This document shows, one piece after another, positions 58,653 through 64,000 of a DNA stretch of 64,000 nucleotides. Within the stretch, counting starts at the first letter, position 1; each line of letters opens with the position of its first letter. The notes beneath the pieces were generated by a model. It had not been told where the DNA came from, did no database searches, and saw nothing but the letters and a program-made list of their open reading frames with translations. The position numbers were made by a program, and so were the translations under genes. Source of the DNA: a virus; the IMG/VR virus record IMGVR_UViG_3300024999_000073, positions 18,287-82,286 of that record, one strand, 5' to 3'.

Positions 58653-60752
58653 ATGCCCGACGTCAAACCTATTGTAGCAGTTGTAGTGCCGTTATTCAAT
58701 TACAAGGATAAGATCGAAAGAGCGATCAATTCCGTAAAGGCTCAAACCCTGACTAACTTTTCTTGCATCATCGTAGATGATGGATCAACCGACGACCCCA
58801 AAGAAACCGTGGAGGCGCTCATAGCCGGTGATGACCGTTTTCGGTTCATCCAAAAGCCGAATGGGGGGGTAGCAACTGCTCGCAATCTCGGAGTATTCAC
58901 CAGCACAACGCCATACGTGTGTTGTCTGGATGCTGACGATGCCATTGCTCCTGAATTTTTAGAAGCCTGTGTGCGTGCTCTCGAAGAAGACCCAAGTCTC
59001 GCCATCGCCTATACCGGTCTATGGTATATCAGGAAAGATGGGCAAGAGGGGCTATCGGAATGGCCCGGTCAGTGGAATTTCGATGCGCAGTTGAGAGTCG
59101 AGAATCAAATCTCGACATGCAATGTTGCTCGGAGAGAAGCTTGGGAACGATTAGGCGGCCAGCGCCAGCGTTTTTGTCCCGAAGGCGCGGGGGAGGAAGA
59201 CGCTGAGTTATGGCTGAGAGCTGGAGCTTATGGTTTCAAAGCCAGGAAAGTAACCGACGCCGGTCTATTCTTGTATTCATTTCTCAGTGGACGCGTAAGC
59301 GGAGATCGAATGCACAGACCCACAGATTACATGGCCTGGCATCCGTGGGTAAAAGATGGGAAGCATCCGTTTGCATCCTACGCGACTCCCAAGCGCGCCT
59401 CTCATCCTGTCAGACAATATGACCGGCCCCTGATAAGCGTCATCATCCCTGTTTCTGATGCTCACGCTCGCAATCGTATGTACATCAATGCTCTGGATAG
59501 CCTGGACGCGCAAACGTTTCGCAATTGGGAAGCCATTGTAGTGTTTGACACCGATTACAAAGATGAACGCCTGATGATCGAATATTCTTACGCGCGCCTG
59601 TCAAAGATTGACAAGTCTCCAAAAGGAGCAGGCATGGCGCGTAATCAAGGCGCTGAACTTGCTCGCGGCAAATTCTTGATATTTCTAGATGCCGACGATT
59701 GGCTGATGCCACACGCGCTTGAAATGATGTTGAGGGGCTGGGCTAATGAGGAAGCGATTATCTACACAGATTACGTGAGCAAGTCTGTCATCGATGAGAA
59801 TATGGCAGATGAGCTGAAGCTTTCCAATAAGCTCCTGGATTACGACGAAAAGACTGGCATGGCGGCCATCGACAGCCACACATTGAACTATGAGTATGAG
59901 CGTGCGATCAAACAACCACATCCTGATCTTTATATTTGGAATCTGGTAACGTGTTTGGTGCCGAAAGCCTGGCACAATGCCATTGGAGGTTTTGACGAAA
60001 ACATGCCATCCTGGGAAGATTGGGATTACTACATACGCATGGCGCGTGCAGGTTATTGTTTCAGGCGCGTGCCTATGCGTTTAGTCATCTACCGGTTTTA
60101 TTCGGGCGAACGCAGGGAGAAAGGCATACAGGAGCATAAGTCCCTGATAGAATATATGCTAAACAAGTACGCGAAAGAAGGTGTCAAGATGTGTGAATGT
60201 TCACAAAGTTCGCCCACAATAAACATTCCGCAGAATGTAGAGCGATCTGAGCAAATGAAAGGAGCGCAAGTACAGGCTATGAGCGATGACAATTTTGTAA
60301 TGATCGTGTACCAGCCCATGAACACTGGTATGCACAGAGTAGTCGGCCAGGCTTCGGGCTACGATTATGGCTATCGAGGCAGTGGAGAACCATTCTTGGT
60401 GGACGCTCGTGACGCCGCTTTATATCCAGAAGTGTTTATAATCATGGAAGCGCCGAAGACAGAAACGCCTCCAGAGAACAGCGTTCCACAGGCTGTTCAG
60501 CCAGAGCCGCCAACGCCGGTGAAGATTGACGAAGAACTTAAAGAACTCAAGGAGATTATTCCAGAACCAGAGAACTTCCTGGATAGCGTTTCTGGACTTA
60601 CCCCGGCATCGAAGTCGGCGCTGATCGAACATGGCGTGACCACAGCATCCAAAGTGCGCGCAGTTGGAGTCGCGGGTTTACGTCAGATTAAAGGCATCGG
60701 TCCCAAACGGGCGCTTGAAATCTACGGTAGGGCAGTTTCTTATGTGGGATGA
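58653..60752 (+). CDS. Tandem GT2-GT2 glycosyltransferase with C-terminal unknown domain and HhH motif
   Basis: IVDDGSTD/LDADD; second VIIP...FLDADD...WEDWD; C-terminal LRQIKGIGPKRA. Confidence 0.85.
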   Translation: MPDVKPIVAVVVPLFNYKDKIERAINSVKAQTLTNFSCIIVDDGSTDDPKETVEALIAGDDRFRFIQKPNGGVATARNLGVFTSTTPYVCCLDADDAIAPEFLEACVRALEEDPSLAIAYTGLWYIRKDGQEGLSEWPGQWNFDAQLRVENQISTCNVARREAWERLGGQRQRFCPEGAGEEDAELWLRAGAYGFKARKVTDAGLFLYSFLSGRVSGDRMHRPTDYMAWHPWVKDGKHPFASYATPKRASHPVRQYDRPLISVIIPVSDAHARNRMYINALDSLDAQTFRNWEAIVVFDTDYKDERLMIEYSYARLSKIDKSPKGAGMARNQGAELARGKFLIFLDADDWLMPHALEMMLRGWANEEAIIYTDYVSKSVIDENMADELKLSNKLLDYDEKTGMAAIDSHTLNYEYERAIKQPHPDLYIWNLVTCLVPKAWHNAIGGFDENMPSWEDWDYYIRMARAGYCFRRVPMRLVIYRFYSGERREKGIQEHKSLIEYMLNKYAKEGVKMCECSQSSPTINIPQNVERSEQMKGAQVQAMSDDNFVMIVYQPMNTGMHRVVGQASGYDYGYRGSGEPFLVDARDAALYPEVFIIMEAPKTETPPENSVPQAVQPEPPTPVKIDEELKELKEIIPEPENFLDSVSGLTPASKSALIEHGVTTASKVRAVGVAGLRQIKGIGPKRALEIYGRAVSYVG

Positions 60753-61077
60753 AATTAGAGAAACGATCACGCTCACTCTGGTGGTGTGGCGGTTGACCTC
60801 ACTTTTGGTGAGGGAGGATGGGCCATTCGACGTATTTGCCAAACTCAGAATGTTCCTGGGAGTGCGGTTCAACCAGGCATCGCAAATGTATGGCGTCAAC
60901 GTACTTTCGCGGGGCATAATTTGTTTCTGGTGTTGCTCGATGTGGGTGAGCCTGGCAGTAGCTCTATTCGCCAGTTATTCTGTGAACATTCACACATTTA
61001 TAGCTGCTGTCCTGGTTCTTAGCAGCCTTGCAATCTTGTTAGATAATCTGATTGCTTTTCTTGGGAGAGCGAAATGA
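60742..61077 (+). CDS. DUF1360-like membrane protein
   Basis: WRLT.L...DGPF, CFWCCSMW. Confidence 0.7.
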   Translation: MWDEIRETITLTLVVWRLTSLLVREDGPFDVFAKLRMFLGVRFNQASQMYGVNVLSRGIICFWCCSMWVSLAVALFASYSVNIHTFIAAVLVLSSLAILLDNLIAFLGRAK

Positions 61078-61349
61078 TTAATGCAGACGATTATCTATTG
61101 ATTGATTTCGGAATATTGCAGGAGGGGGAATTCGACGCCAATGGCGGAATCAATGGCTGGAAAATAGAAGGTGGCACAATAAGCAAATATCTGCCTATAT
61201 TCTGTCGGAATGAACCTGTAATTCATCTTGATCCTGCTCCTGGATATGAGGTGTATCTGCACGGTCTTTACAGCGAGCGATTATCCAAAAAAGGAGAAAA
61301 GCTGTTTATAGTCACATGTCAGGCAAAGTGGATTAGAATTGTAATATAA
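61074..61349 (+). CDS. Hypothetical protein
   Basis: Coupled ORF. Confidence 0.45.
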   Translation: MINADDYLLIDFGILQEGEFDANGGINGWKIEGGTISKYLPIFCRNEPVIHLDPAPGYEVYLHGLYSERLSKKGEKLFIVTCQAKWIRIVI

Positions 61350-61403
61350 TCATAGTGAGTGCGAATTCCATCTAAAGTTCCACCACTGTGATATAATCAT
61401 ATT

Positions 61404-61505
61404 AATTCGCCTGGTAGAGATTGTGTTAACCAGCGTAAATCAGGCGAAGGTGGGTAGACCGTGAGGACTACCGGAAAAAGCCCTGTTCCACTCAGGGCTT
61501 TTTTT
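61404..61505 (+). ncRNA. Putative ~100-nt small structured RNA
   Basis: TG-A-TATAAT 61389-61397, two hairpins, then terminator AAAAGCCCTG/CAGGGCTTTTTTT. Confidence 0.45.
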
Positions 61506-61602
61506 GTCTACTCAGCCTACCATGACGTTGATTACAACCTGGTTTTGTGATAAACTCTATAGTACACCCAGCGCGTTCCGCTCGGTGGTCTCGGAGGCAA
61601 TC

Positions 61603-62292
61603 ATGGGTGAGTCAGAGGTTTTTGGGCTAACCTGGGTTTTAGACCCGTCTCTGCTTTGTCAGGGATGGAATAAAAATCCAAAACAATATCCAATTTGGGG
61701 AGGACATAAAGGGTACGACTTTTTATTGACTTATCAGCCAGTCCCTAATTTTTGCCGTGGAAAGGTAAAGACTGTTGCTACATCTAAATCATGGGGGAAG
61801 TACATCATCGTAGCCTTCGATGCTAAGCATGAGATCATCTATGCTCACTTGAGCGAGTTCAAAGTCAAAGTTGGGCAGGTTGTAGAAGTCAGAGACATTC
61901 TTGGCATTTCAGGAGCGACGGGTTCGACATGGCGTGCCGATGGCAGTAAAGAACCGTTCCCACATCTCCACGTAGGAGTAATGGTCAATGGCGTGTGGGT
62001 GGATCCAGGGCCGTTGTTTGTTGCCCGGGTCCCAACTATTGTCGTACAACCTATCGTTGCTCTCACGCCAGGACAGGGGCGTATCATTGCCCGTGATGGA
62101 TTGAAGATTAAGAGTGTACCTGAAAAGTTAGCCAAGGAATTCGGCGTCCTAAACTTTGGAGCAATAGTGACGATCAAGCCCGAAACCAAGATAGATGGTG
62201 GCATAAAATATCGCCGTGTGCTAGTCGAAGGTTGGATGGGTGAGAGCCAAGATGGTGAAGTATTTCTGGAGATGAACGATGAGAATCGTTGA
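61603..62292 (+). CDS. M23 peptidase (endolysin-like) with SH3-like C-terminus
   Basis: HKGYD, YAHL, SGATG, PHLH; GGAGG RBS before 61603. Confidence 0.8.
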   Translation: MGESEVFGLTWVLDPSLLCQGWNKNPKQYPIWGGHKGYDFLLTYQPVPNFCRGKVKTVATSKSWGKYIIVAFDAKHEIIYAHLSEFKVKVGQVVEVRDILGISGATGSTWRADGSKEPFPHLHVGVMVNGVWVDPGPLFVARVPTIVVQPIVALTPGQGRIIARDGLKIKSVPEKLAKEFGVLNFGAIVTIKPETKIDGGIKYRRVLVEGWMGESQDGEVFLEMNDENR

Positions 62293-62459
62293 AGTTGCAG
62301 AACTTCCAGATGGGTTCGACGCTACTGTGGACGGCGACGGCGGTAGGCGTGTTTTACATTTCCTGAATAGCGAGCCTAGTGAAAAGGAAATTGAACAGAT
62401 GTATTTGATTGTTACTGCTCCAGTCATTGTTGAATCGCCGTATGAAATCGAGGCCGAAA

Positions 62460-62666
62460 ATGGCAAAATTGTCTAAAGAATGTAGATCACTCAAGCTCAC
62501 GCCCGGAAAGGTTACTCAACTGACAAAGGCACTGGATGACATCGAGTCACATGTTGGTAAAGTGGCCGATATTTGGCGGTCTTTACCACAAACACAACGC
62601 GATGAAGTTTTGGCAAACAGCCCGATATTTGCCAAGTTTTTAGAGATTGCCAAGAGGTTTTTCTAA
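62460..62666 (+). CDS. Hypothetical protein
   Basis: GAGG RBS before MAKLSK. Confidence 0.4.
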   Translation: MAKLSKECRSLKLTPGKVTQLTKALDDIESHVGKVADIWRSLPQTQRDEVLANSPIFAKFLEIAKRFF

Positions 62667-62872
62667 TGAACAGACCTGATTATATTTGTTGTGTTTTACA
62701 TACCAGCGCAGAGCGAAAAGACCAAACTTGGTGCGGTCGAGATTTGAGTGGGACATTCGAATTTGCCTTTACGAATATAGATCATGCTGCCTATGCCAGT
62801 ATCAGTGGGGATCGTCTAAGAATATGTCCTAAGTGCCTACGAGTCATAAAGGAAGCATTTAATGGCAGTTAG
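62666..62872 (+). CDS. Small Zn-binding protein
   Basis: H...TWCG...CPKC. Confidence 0.45.
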   Translation: MNRPDYICCVLHTSAERKDQTWCGRDLSGTFEFAFTNIDHAAYASISGDRLRICPKCLRVIKEAFNGS

Positions 62873-64000
62873 AACCTTTGCCACTGCTGGTATAAATAAT
62901 CTCTGGTCGAATGCCGCCAATTGGGATACCGGCGTCCCTGTTAATAATGATAGTGCAATAATTCCTGCTGGACAAACATGTGAGTTCGATGCAAATCAAT
63001 CGGCATGGGCAAACGGTCTAGTGGGACTAACGCTAAACGGAGAACTTTATGCCAGTTTGACGCCTGGTTCGTATTATCTCAAACTGGCGGGGAGCATCAC
63101 CGCTACTGTCACTGGCGGCATCTTACGTGCAGGATCCAGTGGGGCAAGGTATCCAAGCAATTGTGTTTTTACAATTTACTCCACTGGCAACTATCAGATC
63201 GACAATAATATTAGTAGTTACATAACCGACCAATTCTGGTGTTACGCACCCGTGGTGCAGTATGCTCAGGCGATCTCAGCCACAGCAAAGGCAATCACAT
63301 CAGTTACAGTTGGAGCAACTACGACTATCGGCTGTACCGGGCATGGCTATGTGGCAGGTAACGCGATCTATTTGGCGAATGTTGGGGGGTTTACGGATGC
63401 ACAGCTCAATAATCGCATTTTCGAGGTGGAGACTGTACCAAATGTGGATAGTTTCACAATCCGTTATCCTGATCCTGATACAACCGTTGTTTCGACGGGA
63501 TGGGGGCCTTATACAGGGGGTGGGCTGGTCTGCCCATCGCAGGCAGAGGCAGCAGGTGCTACAGTTATTGAAATAGATCAGGATGCGTCTACTGATCCCG
63601 AATGGCTACGTGCAGGAGCGATGGTACGGATCGACAATATCAATCGGAATGTCCAAAGTGAAGTGCGAATAATAGCAAGTGTGGCTGCAGGGTCGATCAC
63701 CATCACGGCGGGATTGACATCGGCGAAACTCAGTGGATCAAAAGTAATCCTGGTCACCAGAAATGTAAAACTCAACTCAAGTGCAACTGCAATCTCTAAT
63801 GGCATGATCCGCTATGGCACCGGACATCAACTAGACGCGGAGATCAGGCCTGGTTCGACATCTACAAGTGGAGTACAAGATGCCACAAATTCTGTGTTCA
63901 GCGGAGGCGTGATCTCCGGGTGCACCTACGGCGTCAACTCCGGCAGCGGGCATACGTTCAGCGGGGGTGCGATCTCCGGGTGCACCTACGGCGTCTACTC
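62862..64000 (+). CDS. Large virion spike/fibre protein (G8-like N-terminus, beta-helix), 3'-truncated, absent from ORF track
   Basis: Frame open from ATG 62862 to the window end: MAVRTF...WSNAANWDTGVP...HGYVAGNAI...; 60-nt repeats FSGGxISGCTYGV at the end. Confidence 0.75.
   Translation, partial: MAVRTFATAGINNLWSNAANWDTGVPVNNDSAIIPAGQTCEFDANQSAWANGLVGLTLNGELYASLTPGSYYLKLAGSITATVTGGILRAGSSGARYPSNCVFTIYSTGNYQIDNNISSYITDQFWCYAPVVQYAQAISATAKAITSVTVGATTTIGCTGHGYVAGNAIYLANVGGFTDAQLNNRIFEVETVPNVDSFTIRYPDPDTTVVSTGWGPYTGGGLVCPSQAEAAGATVIEIDQDASTDPEWLRAGAMVRIDNINRNVQSEVRIIASVAAGSITITAGLTSAKLSGSKVILVTRNVKLNSSATAISNGMIRYGTGHQLDAEIRPGSTSTSGVQDATNSVFSGGVISGCTYGVNSGSGHTFSGGAISGCTYGVY

Larger units (their letters stand above)
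1..64000. mobile_element. Tailed dsDNA phage genome segment (Caudoviricetes, siphovirus-like tail)
   Basis: Terminase, portal, capsid, tail, holin/endolysin and phage replication genes throughout; no host housekeeping genes; no integrase seen in the window. Confidence 0.95.

Noticed and set aside
5185-60994. Palindromes as canonical SOS boxes or parS sites
   Set aside because: The Gram-positive SOS box is GAAC-N4-GTTC and parS is TGTTNCACGTGAAACA; this motif has no spacer and a different sequence
1-64000. Integrase, att sites or prophage boundaries
   Set aside because: No tyrosine or serine recombinase motifs and no host genes seen; lifestyle cannot be assigned from this window

Overview
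The whole window reads as part of one tailed dsDNA phage genome (siphovirus-like tail genes; no integrase, tRNA or CRISPR seen), and genes run off both edges. Order: baseplate/tail/spike and holin-like genes (1-5.2 kb); RNA ligase, replication initiator, DnaC-like loader, LexA-type HTH, VRR-NUC and an unusual DNA methyltransferase with eight SPP(Y/F) repeats (6.5-17 kb, +); a leftward early block with vWA and MoxR AAA+ genes and a shared AAGGAGTCT ribosome-binding signature (17.2-28.7 kb, -); terminase, portal and head genes (29.5-38.8 kb, +); a leftward accessory block (39-47.8 kb); a ~13 kb glycosylation / amino-sugar / sulfotransferase / methyltransferase cluster (48-60.8 kb, +); an M23 peptidase and a second beta-helix spike (61.6-64 kb). 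Main non-obvious signals: (1) a 14-bp palindrome YGYGAAYRTTCRCR found about 24 times, four copies of which begin exactly 64 nt upstream of seven -10 boxes, three of them as symmetric divergent promoters; (2) three unrelated ~740-bp segments bracketed by the same two motifs at a fixed 717-718 bp spacing; (3) the repeat-expanded methyltransferase; (4) a pseudoknot-like leader ahead of the replication initiator. Product calls come from manual motif recognition, not database searches. A Chloroflexota-like host is only a weak inference.
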